A stretch of 64,000 nt of DNA. It comes from Eukaryota sp. GEM-RC1. Its lineage: Eukaryota. The notes beneath the pieces are model-generated. The model saw only the letters and a list, made by a program, of their open reading frames with translations. It had not been told where the DNA came from and did not search any database. This document shows, piece by piece, positions 1 to 13,000 of this stretch. The first letter of the stretch is position 1, and each line of letters opens with the position of its first letter. Location: positions 806,001-870,000 of the forward strand of contig JAUFOQ010000017.1 in assembly GCA_040285855.1 (NCBI GenBank), read 5' to 3'. Both the position numbers and the translations under genes were made by a program.

Positions 1-165
1 ACGTTTGGCATATCGAAGATGGTGGTCATACCGTTCTGAAAGTAGGCGGGAAAGTTTTTGAGGCCAAAGGCTGCTCTCTTGAAACAAATTCGTCTTCCAA
101 GGATTGAAAGAGGTGATTTCGTTTGGCCATCTTCTTTAAGAAGATTTAATTTAGGGGTCTTATGT
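1..165 (-). pseudogene. Ty3/gypsy reverse-transcriptase fragment (runs off the window start)
   Basis: Manual translation of the minus strand gives LNLLKEDGQTKSPLSILGRRICFKRAAFGLKNFPAYFQNGMTTIFDMPN, which matches the RT segments at 41.8 kb (FKKACFGLKNVPAIFQN) and 53.1 kb (YTRAAFGLKNVP). Confidence 0.8.
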
Positions 166-189
166 TAGAAACTCGAATTTAATGATGCT

Positions 190-567
190 GAAACACTACA
201 TTTCCATCACAGTGCAATTCTCTGTACCAATATCTCTGATAGTACTCACCGAAGAAGCCAATCAAACATTCTTCAGTTCTTGGGGATAAACTGCATTCAA
301 TCGGAGAAGGTAGGTTTTACTATTTCTTCCTCAGTTATATAAGGATCTGGATTAGATTCTATGTCTCCATCGATTGTCAAATCACGAAGAAGTCTCCAGT
401 CAATGTGATGACTGGAGATTAATTCTATTAGTGCTACTAGTAGGACAACTCTTACAACCCAAAAACAACAAAAGAAGGAATGTCAGGAGCAAGTCATTAA
501 TGGCAAAGACCGTCAACATACTATGGAAGACAAGGAACCGCCTCGAGAAAGTATGATCTCTTGGCAT
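190..567 (-). pseudogene. Decayed ORF: hydrophobic leader followed by a degenerate 2A-like motif (DLTIDGDIESNPDP, 342-383)
   Basis: Minus strand reads WRLLRDLTIDGDIESNPDPYITEEEIVKPTLLRLNAVYPQELKNV*. Candidate ATG at 567 with a hydrophobic leader; interrupted by stops and a frameshift. Confidence 0.55.
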
Positions 568-609
568 ATCCTGTAACACGTGATCATGTTTGATTGATCA
601 TCTTTTATT

Positions 610-1237
610 TCACCTCGAGAGTACATATATGCTAGGCAATGCCTTTTTCCGTTCCAGCTCTGGAATCTTCAATGAAGCTCTGCTCGAGGATAGATATTGA
701 TCCAAAGTTTCTACATATGACTCAGTGCTATCAACTTCTAAGAGTTTTCTTATCTCATCACGTGTATACTTGTTATTTTTCATCTTCTGGATACTGATGA
801 TCGCCCATTCACATGCAGCGTCTTCTGTTTCCTTTTTCGCCATCAGATTATTTTTTGATTGCCATACTTGTTTAGAAACGACTTTGGGTCAGTGGAAGGG
901 CGAGATCCACACAGGTAACTGGGTAATCATTTTGACGAATCCAAACCAGCCTGGTTTGTTTCAGTTTCTGTGTCTTTCTTCAACAATGTTTTTTATGAGG
1001 TCCGGGGTTTGCTTCCACATCACCGTTTGTGGTGAGATCCAATTTGAATTGGAGATTAATGTGAGAGTTGAGAAGGATGCGGGAACACAATCTGAGGATC
1101 AAAAGACCCATGGAAAGTGTCCCTAAGAACTGATGGTCTTTGAGATTAGAAAAAAGAAGATGAGAGTTGAGAAGATGAGAGTTGAGAACAAGACAGAATG
1201 AAATAGAAGAGATAATGGTAGTAAAACGACACAACAT
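610..1237 (-). pseudogene. Decayed ORF with hydrophobic leader and canonical 2A motif (DLTTNGDVEANPGP, 998-1039)
   Basis: ORF 980..1237 contains D-V-E-x-N-P-G-P. The downstream coding sequence (to ORF 610..843) is broken by stops and frameshifts. Confidence 0.6.
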
Positions 1238-1449
1238 GATTTTAGAAGAATATGATATTTTTTAAAAATATGATATGGCTCAAAGAGTTTCTTGGTTTGA
1301 GAAACTAATGTGCTTCTGTTTGTACCACCGACATTCAGAAGTGTTTTCCTCTATTTTTATAGGGGGTTTTTTTATTTTGATTCTTTCACTCTCAAATAAC
1401 CAATTAATAAGCGATAAGATCCGTCTACGACTAACATTTTTCGAAAAGA

Positions 1450-2040
1450 AGTTTACTCTCAAGAACAAATAATTCTACATACATCTAATAAAAGCACTTT
1501 AGCGTAGATGCTCAGCCCTCGAGAAACCAACACCGCCAAATTTTGGCCAAAAAAGACACGACAAGGAAGTTTAGAAGTATTAATGCCAATCAAATTTGCC
1601 AAAAATTGAGTTCTCAAGGAGTTGAACTCATTAGGAATACCACGGGACAGCACAAGTGGTAAAGATCTAAGTAAAGGATTGATTTTCGATCCAAAACAAA
1701 CAAAAAGTACTGAAAAAGCCAAAGTGGTTATCGATCTTGAGATCTTGTATCGGCAAAAATTGGATTTTGTTTTTCCTCAGATAATTGTTGAGCACACATT
1801 CAATCTGTAATGTGTTGCCAAAATAGAAAAAATAGTAATGATAATTAATGTGTACTTTAAATTTGATTCGGTTAAAAAAGTGTACAGGATAATTACTGTT
1901 CTTCATCAAATCAGACTCATTGTGCTGAATGTGAGCAAATATTTGGCACCGGCTGTACGGATCAATAGGTCTCAATTTAACTTATTTGTACCGATCTCAT
2001 TTGATTGTTATTGTTTCCACCCGGGTGGACAATTTTCGAA
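1450..2040 (-). mobile_element. Degenerate CRE/SLACS-like non-LTR retrotransposon fragment (RT thumb region)
   Basis: Minus strand reads ..KFGGVGFSRAEHLR*SAFIRCM*NYLF.., resembling HFGGIGLPNLQ..KNFIFEF at 4.3-4.4 kb. Boundaries approximate. Confidence 0.55.
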
Positions 2041-2050
2041 CACTGCTAAC

Positions 2051-2627
2051 TAGAGTATCAAGTTTTCAATTACTAATTTCCAGTAATCGTAATTTTGGGA
2101 TTTCCTGGAATTCCTGGAATTCGAGTAATTCCTTAAACAGCAAAATCTTTAATTTCCAGGACAAAACTCAACAAAATGGAACAAGTCTAGATCATAACTA
2201 CGGTTTCGTTGTATGTTACATTGGTTGTAACCAAAAGACTGCGCACCGTCACTTCACAATTTTTACATCAATTTACGTTTTTGAACAAAACAACATCGAA
2301 ACTCCATTTTTCGAGAACAATTATCTATTTTATTGTCTTAAACATGAAAACGATATCAATATTGAGTATTTGGGTAAAAACTTAACTCAATTTGCCGTGG
2401 AAGTTCGGAACCAAAGTTTTAACCTGTAATACATGTTTGCGAGGGATTTCCATATACATATGGTTTGTTTTGTCACTTTGCAGAAATCGTGTGAAAAGAA
2501 ATCAGAGCCGGCAGTCCTTTTTCAGTAGATATTTCTGATAATTGTACGAATTACTGCAGTAATCGTAATTGTAGGAATTCTAGGAATTCCTGATCCAACA
2601 ACCAAGTAATTGAAAAGTATGATTATG
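2051..2627. mobile_element. MITE-like non-autonomous DNA transposon (probably hAT type)
   Basis: Inverted TTTTCAATTACT (2063-2074) / AGTAATTGAAAA (2605-2616). CAGTAATCGTAATT at 2081 and 2557, and GGAATTCC clusters at both ends. No clear TSD. Confidence 0.5.
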
Positions 2628-3238
2628 ATCCTTCTGCTCCAAACAACTTACTACAAATCGAAGTAAAATGTCTATGCATGGAGCGAACCAGTGCAAACGT
2701 TAACCTACTAAAAATCCAAAAATTTGGTTGAAAACTTTACCATACTCAGAACATAATTTCCCAAGGAAAGTTAAAGGCCCTTGTGTATCCGGACCAACAT
2801 TATCGTATATCGATATCGGCAATGGTTGGAACACAAAATAATTGTACCTGTCAACATTCAATTGGGTAATTCAGTGATAGTAGCAAAATCATCATCAAAT
2901 TGGTTTCGAAACTGCATTTAAATTACAAGGATCAACAGTGGTGAAATACAGTAAGTATTTGTTAACAGACTATAGATGAAAAGGACAAAAATAAATACCA
3001 TAGAAATCGAAACAATAGACAGAGAACATAACCACATTACTTATACAAGTGAGTCATTATTTACTTTATAATTCATCGATTTAACAGTGAAATAATTAAA
3101 CGATTTCTCAAACTAGTAAGAGGAATCTCATATTTTGAAACTTTCACATTGAACACAAATCTATTAAAAACTGAAAAACCAATATTGTTTATCTATTTCT
3201 CCATCTTAATTAACAACAACACTATAGTGTTCATACAT

Positions 3239-4441
3239 CTAATAATACATATCCTCAAAGTCCAAACTGCCTAACTGGAAATTCTCACCTACCTTATCCT
3301 CATAATGTCTGCCAAGAAATAATAAAGCGCTAGATACAGAAGTCACCATACCTTTAAAGATAGCAAACACAATTCGACTTTTCCAAAATTTAAGATCAAA
3401 AGTCTTAGATGTTTTTTCTTTTACAATCTTCACAAAGATTTCAAGTAATGATGTTGCAGATTCACCTAAAGAACCATACAGTGAAAATACAAAAGGGTAC
3501 AACAAGTAATTCGAGTGTGAAGCCGAATTCAATAATTTCAATTTAGCACAATATTTTCCTTTTTTCAAATTTTTCATCAATCAACAGAGGGTTTTAGTAT
3601 TAGATTTAGCAGCTTTCTTGTTGGAACCATTACAAACGTCGATAGACATAAACATCAGCAATAATGAAAGAACCATCGAGACCAGGAAATATGACATCAC
3701 CACGGCTATTTCCAAACGATTTGTCAACATCTGTATCATCAAACAAACCAGCCAGAACTGGTTCTAAAAGGGAAACTATTCCATAAGATTTACACATACA
3801 ATATAATTGATCCCTTACTGAATCATGAACCTTACTTCTAAGAGAAATAAAACGGTTACAATTCAATAAATGTGTAGGTGTTACAGATTGCCCACATTGG
3901 CATTTCAAATTATGTGGAAGGTTATCAGGTCAAATATATGACCGTTGACGCATGTTTAATAACCAAGATTAATCATCAAGAAAAAGGCCGTACATTGAGA
4001 AATTTGAGTAATCAGACATGAAGCAGAGCTATTAGAAACATCCGTTAAGAAATTTGCAAAAGCGCGATTTTTTCCTTGGCCATGCCAAGTCGAATATTAT
4101 AATCCAAGCTTTCAAAAATATTTGTGAGTTTCTGTTGTAATTTTTTCAGACAGAACTGAAGATTAGTCATACATCTCAGGTATTTCAGACACAAATTCTG
4201 GGAAACACTGAGACCAAACGTCAAAAGGTAATTTGATTAACGCTTCGTTTAAGTCAAATAAACATTTACATGAATTGGGGTTAATAAGTGAAATATCATT
4301 AGGAAATCGATTAACAAATTCAAAGATGAAATTTTTCCACCGCCTAAAGAAGCAGATTTGCAAAGAATTGAAGATTTGGTAAACCAATACCACCAAAATG
4401 AGCGGAAGTAAACAAATGAAATCTAAGTAACGTTGAATCAA
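3239..4441 (-). mobile_element. CRE/SLACS-like non-LTR retrotransposon remnant (thumb, CCHC finger, restriction-like endonuclease)
   Basis: HFGGIGL thumb; CQC..HLLNC finger; RSKVHDSVRD; EPVL; RGDVIFPGLDGSFIIADV (PD..D-like); C-terminal PFVFSLYGSLG. Multiple frameshifts and stops. Confidence 0.8.
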
Positions 4442-5454
4442 CTTCTAACAATGAAGCAAAAAAAAACAGATACAGTACTGAATACAAATACAATACAGAA
4501 TACTGCATTAAGTGTATTTGTTTTCTTGTATTTGATTGCAAGTACTAGGTAAGGATTAGGTATACGCACTCTTAGACTTCTTTTTTTATCAACACAATTG
4601 ATATTTCGATTCCAAAATGCACCAACCAATCAAATACAAAAGAACACATAATACAAAAACACTGTATTTTGTATTTTGCAACTATGCTCGAAAACACATA
4701 AAAATATCTTCGAATTACGAGCTAGACTTAGATCTTAGGTTCTTTTATGTTTGTTATTTGTTCAATTAAATTTTCTGAATAAGAAATTACTGTGTTTTAG
4801 CCGATGTTTGAAAGAAGTTGAAATATGGACAGACTTTGTTTATGCGTCAATGAACTATTAACAAATTCTTGCAAAATAGAGACAGTCATCATTTTTCATC
4901 ATTTTGATAGAGCTAAATCCGATTCTATCCCCATACTTTGACAAACGGAAGAATGACTAGACTCTGATTGAACAGTGACAATTTTTGATATTTCCATTAA
5001 TTCTGTCAGAAGATGATTTGGTGGACATTGAGTTAAGCGTTGGTCCGCACTTTCATCAACCGAAGTTTTCAGAACTAACATCAATCTTCTTCTGTCTAAT
5101 TCCGAACAGTACTTATTTGTTACAGTAGTATACTGTATTGTAAAGTCAGTATTATCAACAAGTATTGGACCTTAGAGTACCAGAGGTCCTGTGCTGACAC
5201 TTGTTCCAACTTCATGTCAACTATTTTCCCGAATTGTTCAAACCTAAACTAATGTCATTGACATTAGTTACGAAGTGACATAAATTAAATTTAGGGGTAT
5301 ATATATCATTATAGCTGTAAAATAGTGTTCAGTGTAGTTGAACTGAACAAAAATTAGTTCCAAAATATAATTTAGACAACACAACATGTCAGATCAAAAG
5401 AACTTCGACATTGACGTGAATACAAACAAAGATCAGCAAAGCACTTGAACAATA

Positions 5455-6123
5455 GATATGTGTGGAAAAGCTGAGCTATAACAGAAAAAACGGGATCCAC
5501 ATTGCCAGGGTTGAGTATTGATAGCTAATCAAATTTAAAATTTTGGCTGTGGGTAACCTCTCGTAGTTTTCTGCACTACAAGTAGCACTAATACCGTAGC
5601 TGTTCCCATTGATAACGACATCAAACATCTTGTCATTCCTTCTTAAACCATGGGTTACATACCTTCAAACGTACAAACAGTAGTATCTGGGCCTTAGCAA
5701 TTTGTGTACGTAGATTTTCATCGCATAAACAACAACAATGGACAAGCAGATTGTATGGACACAATTGATCAACATTTGTTCGATTTGTTTGATGATTCAA
5801 CTTCTGCAGAAAGCAGCAGCTTGATTGTGCTTCCATATTCAGCAAGAGTTTACCATGTCAGAACAAATGAACATCCACTTTAAGACGGAAAACCAACAAA
5901 GAGCAGTAATACTCTAGAGATGTGTATGAAAAAGCTGAGCCGTCGGAACGCTATACAAAACATATTTCAAAATAGGATCCAGATTGCCAGGGTTGAGAAT
6001 TGACATAGATTGTTAATCGATTTTATATATTGGCTGTGGGCAACCTCTGCACTACAAGTAGCAATAATACTGTAGCTGTTGTCATTGATAACGACATCAT
6101 ACTCTTGACATTTCTTTAAACCA
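5455..6123. repeat. Imperfect direct repeat, two copies of ~190-205 bp (~5455-5650 and ~5919-6123)
   Basis: Shared blocks in the same order: AAAAGCTGAGC, ATTGCCAGGGTTGAG, TTGGCTGTGGG, CTGCACTACAAGTAGCA, CATTGATAACGACATCA. Confidence 0.75.
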
Positions 6124-7078
6124 AGTGATAAATATATGTTCAGATGTTCAAACTCTAGTAGCTCAGCGGTAATGGTTTCTCGACCTAGACTGTCGTATAT
6201 CTTTATTCATTCAAACAGTATAAACACATGTATACTTGTAAAATACAAAATTCTGTTTTTTTTTGTTTTTTTTTGTTTTTTTTGTTTTTTTGTATTTTTC
6301 AAACAGTGTGATTTAAAATACAAACTGTATTTTACGGTATTCTTCCAACATGGTTGACAAGTGCTTCTTTAGCTCATTTGTGTGCATTATAATGCTATCA
6401 AATGCCTTTGCCGGATGTAGTCTCCTTTTGGTTCACAGCTTCCATACCATTTGGTTCAGATTTACTTGCATTTATCAAACTCAATCTGTGAAAATGAACC
6501 AATTTTATTCATCAACCTCTGTATGATGTAGTCTCTTCCTCAATTCATCCTAACAATCCAAGAAGTAACTTCTTTTCATATGAAGGAGAAGGTGGTGCAA
6601 GACGCAGATGCTGGAATCAGTGAATTAGTGAGGATCAACCTTGAACTTTTGTTGGACATGGTTGTAACGACCTGCAGGAAAGGGAATCGAATACAATCTT
6701 ATACTCCACCGTTATCGTTGAGTAATCGTTAAAGAAGATTAGCAGACTGATATGTATGTATGTGTTTTACTTTGTATTTTAGCGTATTTTAGCGTATTTT
6801 TGTATTTTTCAAATGAAAACTGGTGTATTTTACGAGTTTGAACACATTTAATGAACATTTGTACGATTTTTTTGATGATTCAGTAAATGAGCAAGAGTAT
6901 ATCGTGTGAGATCCAATGAACATACAAAACTGACAACATCATCATTGTAAATCAAGCAACACCAACATATGATTGAACAAGAGTTAAGTATCGAAAGAAA
7001 TATTAGGTGGAAATGAAGTTATACTTCATCCATATGATAAACATTCATTATGATTCAATAAACAAATATTTATATACA

Positions 7079-10000
7079 TCAAAGATCCAAATACATGAAC
7101 AATCGCCAGCAGAAGATTGTGCAGATAATAATAGACACATACCGTGCAGATGAACTGAATCTAAAAAAGAAAACTAAAAATGATAATGAAATGAGACAAT
7201 AGAAAATTGAAAAACTGAAATAATATTCGACAAAAATTAAGAATATTGTACTTATAAACGGTACAAAACAATACGCCCTCCACATGAATTTGACAGAACA
7301 AAACAAAAATAAGGTGAAAACAATTATTAAAAAGGTTCCCTGAAGTCCAAATCTTGTTCCATCAACTAACAAACTCAAAAATAGTAGAGAAAAGGCACAT
7401 ATGTAGAAAAAGATAGGTATGAGATCAGAAGATTGTTGAGATGTTATAACAGTCCAAAAGTATTGACTGTACGGAATGCGGTCACAATCATTATGATATT
7501 TTTCATCCAAAAATTTAAGTACATACAAGACAATAGAAAGATGGAGAACCAAAAAGCCCACCAAAAAATACTCTGAAAAAGGGAAAATGTACAATAAATA
7601 TGAGAATAAAAAGGAATAACACAAAGTAGAAGAGTGGAAAAATACAACACTTATCGACAGAAACACTACCACTGGGCAAAAAGAGGCTTCCAAAAACCGT
7701 CGTGAATGGATTTCAAATAATCGTTTAGAAAAGTATGCTAAACTACAAAATTCTAATAAAATTTTTTCCTTGATGTGATTATTATATTTCTGGATATGTG
7801 AGTAATACAATTTGAACATGAACAATAGTACAACATAGACAACATTGACCAAAATCGATATTAGAGTATTTGTAACAGAAACTTTGAGACAATTTGTAAA
7901 CAATCGTCTGTATCCTTCATTACAACTGAGACAATAATCACTTGTACTTTTAAATCCAGCTGATAGACAAGAATTGTTTCTACACAGATAGGGTAATGTA
8001 CATTTAGTTGTGGTTAAGTTCGACTCTGAAAAGAGCAATCCATCACGTACCCTGATTATTGACCCATAATAACAATCAGTTCCAGAAGGGCAACCAACAC
8101 AATTGCCATTGACTTGAAACAAGTCCTTTCGACAAAGACAGTCACTCAGGGAAGTACTAGAGTTGTTTAAAGTAACACGATTTACTGGACAATCAAGACA
8201 ACTAGAATGACTTGTAGATCGGTAAGAGTTCAGGGGACAGGCTGTACAATTACCAAAGTCAAAGAAGAACCCTGCTGGACAATCACAAACACTGTTTTTT
8301 ACAATAAACCGAAAGGGACAAGAAGCTAAGGGTAGATTAATAGAACTTGAGAGCGAACTGTAGGAAACAAAGAACTGTTGTGGAGTATGAAGGGGAAAGA
8401 ATAAGACTTGTAGTTGAAATTCATTGAGAGTAATAAAAGTGAAATCATTGGTGGAGGGAAAGTTAAGTTCCAGTGCTGAAACTGAGTATGTCTCGTTAAA
8501 GAAAAGATCGACCTCAGTAATTAAAACGGAAATATTTAAAAGTAAGCAAGACCTGTACCGAATAATTGGAGTACAATACGCATAATCATCGGTAGAAATA
8601 TCAATCATCGTTAGTTGTCCTTGAATTAATGTAATATTTAAATAAGAAGTAGAATTAGTTCTAGGAAGAGTTAATTGGAAAGTAAAAATTCCAGGAGAAA
8701 TGGAAGAATTACCAACAGTAAACCAGCAGTGTTGTTCCAGACAATAATTAAAATGGAGAGAAATTTGAGGGTACTTTGAGTTGATGACAACACCACTCGA
8801 GCTCAAAGAGAAACAATATGTGGGAAAGCCGATGAGATCTCGACATGCACAATCAGATTTGATTGATCGGTCATTGATCATTTGGACGACGTCACTACAA
8901 TTGATCGATGCAGGTGATTGAGGAACCAAAGAAATAGTCCAAGGTAAATATGAATTTAAACAATTTGGGGAATATAGTTGAATATTTAAGATAATGACAT
9001 CCTTGATGTCAAAGAAATTCAGAGCAAAATTGGCAATTAAATCATCCGGATTGGAATAATAGATATTATCGTATACAAACAACATATCAACATTCAAATC
9101 ATTATCAAAAGAATTCTTTCCAGTGGTAGTATTTGCCAAGTTAAAACACTGATAATCTGGAAATCCGTAGACTTCAATCTCGGTCAACCGTATCCCGGTC
9201 CAAAAAGTCAATACTAATCTATCAACAATGATTGAATTTTTTAAAAAGGCAACGTCACATTTTGAAGCAGTTAAGAAACCACTAGGAAACGGAATACACT
9301 CTACAGAGTCAATCAAATCTGATGGTACTGACAGCTCAAAGGGAAGATTGGCATGAGTCTCAACACAGTCAGACATATAGGAAACTGTAAGAGACCAAAT
9401 ATCGTAAATATTTGAAAATTCCAACACAATTTCATGATGGTATTTCAATTCGACGTAACAATCAGAAGAATGAATATCACAACAACGCTGACCAGAAAAC
9501 AATATCAAAGCAAATATATTCAAAAGAACGGCGTATAATTGATAATTGCAAGATCAACATGCTCTGAAGGTATCCTTGGTACTGACCCTGGGTTACCCTG
9601 GGTAACAAAACATACTTCAGGAAAAACAGAATCAACGTGAACGGAGGTTGATAGAAATACATCTTTATGATCAAGAACCAGGAAAACTGAAACAGTTTCT
9701 TGATAGACAGGAGACATGACTTCTAAGCAATTTAATTCAAAATGATCCGGGGATATATTAATAGTTTCAGTATCAAAAACGAGTCAAGAATTCGACAAGA
9801 TAACTCTACAAATGTTGGAAGTTTACCTAGAAGTTGAAATGAAATAGTTCGAGATTCAATTACAGACAATTGTCCAGTTGTTGAAATTACAGAACAATTA
9901 AAGAAATAGACAAAATCAATCAACAGAGGTTCGAAAGCAATATGTTCCCAAATTAAAGCAAAACTGACTGGGAGATGGGGCTCAACATCCACGTCAACAA

Positions 10001-13000
10001 TGCGCAGAATTACTAAATCACTATGTTGATTGAAGATGGGAAGTGGGATAGACTTGTTTAGAGAAAAGAAAGCATCATTAGGGAGAAAGGAATATCTTAG
10101 TATAATGGAACGGAAATGGACAGAATCTGCAAAATTTAAAATATTGTTAGTCCAAAGAGAAAATGTTGGACGATGCCGAACCTCAAATACATACTCTTTT
10201 ATCCATCTTCCATGACTTGAAATTACTTCAAAAATAACATTATGTTGGCCAGTATCGTCACAAGAAAAGCCAAAATAGACAAAATTTTGAAAAAAGTTGT
10301 GATTAGTGGTACAACCTTGTGAAAAAACAAAAACATCGACTAAGTCAGTAAACATTCTGATATCCACCCACTTTTCAAAATAAAATCCAATACCCACAAC
10401 ACTTGGAATACTAGGTTCAAAAGGCAAGAAGACAACGTCTAAAGGTACAGAATTGAGTCCATTTTGAAGCACAATGGAACTGAAATCTTGAATTGGGACC
10501 AATTGAAACCCAGATAACAATTCATAAACTTGGTGATTAATTAGAAGACTCAGATTCGGTATGTTCAACATCAGAGTTATAGAGAAATTGCAATACAGCG
10601 GAATTTCAAATGGAAACGTTAAAAAGTTATTAACTGTGATTGACAAATCTGTAACAACTGATAATTGAGACAATGTATATTCTCCAATGTCAGAAACCAG
10701 CAGTGAAATTATCAAATGGTTGGAAAAGAAAATAATTCAGTGATTTCCCCCCTGGTTGAATGTGATAGAATTTAGCCATTGTGAGACAGTAAAAGGTTAA
10801 AGTCTTTTCCAACAAGTCGTAGTGAAAGAAGAGTGTAACTAGAGAAATACTGAAAAAGTTTCGGGGTTATTTCAAAAATTTCAATTATCATGGGCATATT
10901 TGATACGCAAAACTCATGATTGTATATATCATGGATAAAACAAAGAAGAGGAGTTTTGAATGATTTCATAAGAACAAAAGATAAAATCAACTCAAATTGG
11001 GACGATACAGTGTAATTGATGATGTGTAAATCATTTTCGTGGCGAATAGTATAGTTTCCAAAATCAAAGTCTTGTAGTGACGACTGTAAAAGAATTGTAC
11101 ACGGAACATCAACAAAACAGATATAATCCATAGGTAAAGCTGAAATTCCAGCAATGGTCAGAGATAATTCCAGAGAAAGATTACTACTTTTTACGAATGT
11201 CAAGCCAAATGTAAAATAATCGTTAGAATATATCAATGGAACTTGTACTGCTAGAATGTTGTCTCCTTTGGAAGTGAGATTGAATGAGTCTTGAGAGTTC
11301 AAAGAAAAGAACGGTAAACATTCTGAGAGAAGAGATAATGTTGGGTATTGTAGATAAAATAAACCATTGAATTTGCTAATGTAAGTAGGAAAAACAACAA
11401 CATTTGGTGTTTCTAAGAGTAGCAAATGCTGGTTTGAATCTTGTTCACCCACAGTGACAAGGAACTCCACAAAAGGAAGTTCTGTACAAATATGAAAGAT
11501 TTCAGCAACTAAAACAGTATCAGAGATATGCACGAGCTCATAAGAAACTGTGGAATTCAGAAATGATAATGAAATTCTAAATTTGCCAAAATTGTTACCG
11601 TAAACAGTTATATGTCCTAAAAATGGTAGACCTGGAGGGTCCAATCTAAGAATTTCTGGCGTTTGATAGCAAAAGTGTTCACTTACTAAAACCAATGAAC
11701 TGACAATTAAAGACAGTAGATGACAACCATCATTTGGAATAATTGGAACACTAACAACTTCGTGAGATAAAGGTAAAACGAATACAGAGAAATTTAAAGA
11801 AGTGATTAAAATCTGAACGTCGCAATGTCCAAAATCATCACCATTAATCACAATCACGTCACCCATTGGTTTGGGACTGGAAATTGATTGAATAGTAGGA
11901 GGACAAACAGGAACAAACACTGAAGTGATTAAATACTGGGTAAGTCTATCTACTAAATCAACTCGAATATTTGGGAAAATATTATTGAGAAAATGAAAAT
12001 GTAATGATTGAGGGACCAACTCATGCACAAACCACGATATAAGAGTTCCATTAGTATAGTGAATCAAAATTTCAAAATTTTCCTGTGCAAAAGCCTGATC
12101 AAGTAAGGAAAACTTACAGTCTTCTGTTGAACAACATTTCCCATCAACAATATGTAATTCAGTTGGAGAAGCATCCTGAACAAAATACACGTCATAAAAA
12201 TAAATAGTGCCCGAGATTATACTTAGTGAGGGAATAATAACAGAAAAACCAGTATTAAAAGTGATAAAAGAACCATTGTTTAAGATGTTCTCATTAATTA
12301 TTATTGGGGTTGAAAAACTGGAAAATACCATATCACCACCAGTTAAACTGAGATAATGTAATTCCAGATTATGTAGATCAGAAAATTCAACCAGACCAGA
12401 TTGTAATACTATATTTGAAATATTCAGAGAGTTAGTAGACGAGAATAACAATTCCCCTCCAATAACTCTCATTGTAGATATTTTCCAAAGGTCACATGAT
12501 TGTTCAAATTGAACACGTCCTTTCTCAATAGAAACATCATCAAACAGAAACACAGAAGTCTCAGTAAAATGGAAATAACCAGGGTCAAAAAGCCAAAATT
12601 TAGAAAAATGCCAATTTCCATTAACACTAATTGATCCATTAACAGGCCTAACACACCAATAACAATCTCCATCCACACTTGAGGAACTTGTAAACAAAGC
12701 AAATGATTCAAAAATAGAACAGAATTTTGAATATACACACTAGAATTGAAGATAACTTGTTGGCTAAAAAATAAGGTACTGTTAATAAAAGAAACCGGTG
12801 ATTCAAATACAGTCACAGCGGCAAAGGAGATCACTGAAGAGTTAATGACGTGATCAATTTCTTGAAATACAATCAAGCTATCATTTGAAACGTCATCAAA
12901 GAAGAACTCCAAAGGAAAAACGACAAAATTGTTGAAGTTTACTGTAGCAGAGTGTAAACTAAGAACTTGACTTTGTAGTTCAACATGACCAATAAAATGA

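Noticed and set aside
6255..6300. T-rich tract as a retroposon tail or terminator
   Set aside because: Low-complexity (T)nG run within an AATAC-type subterminal region; no associated element or TSD.
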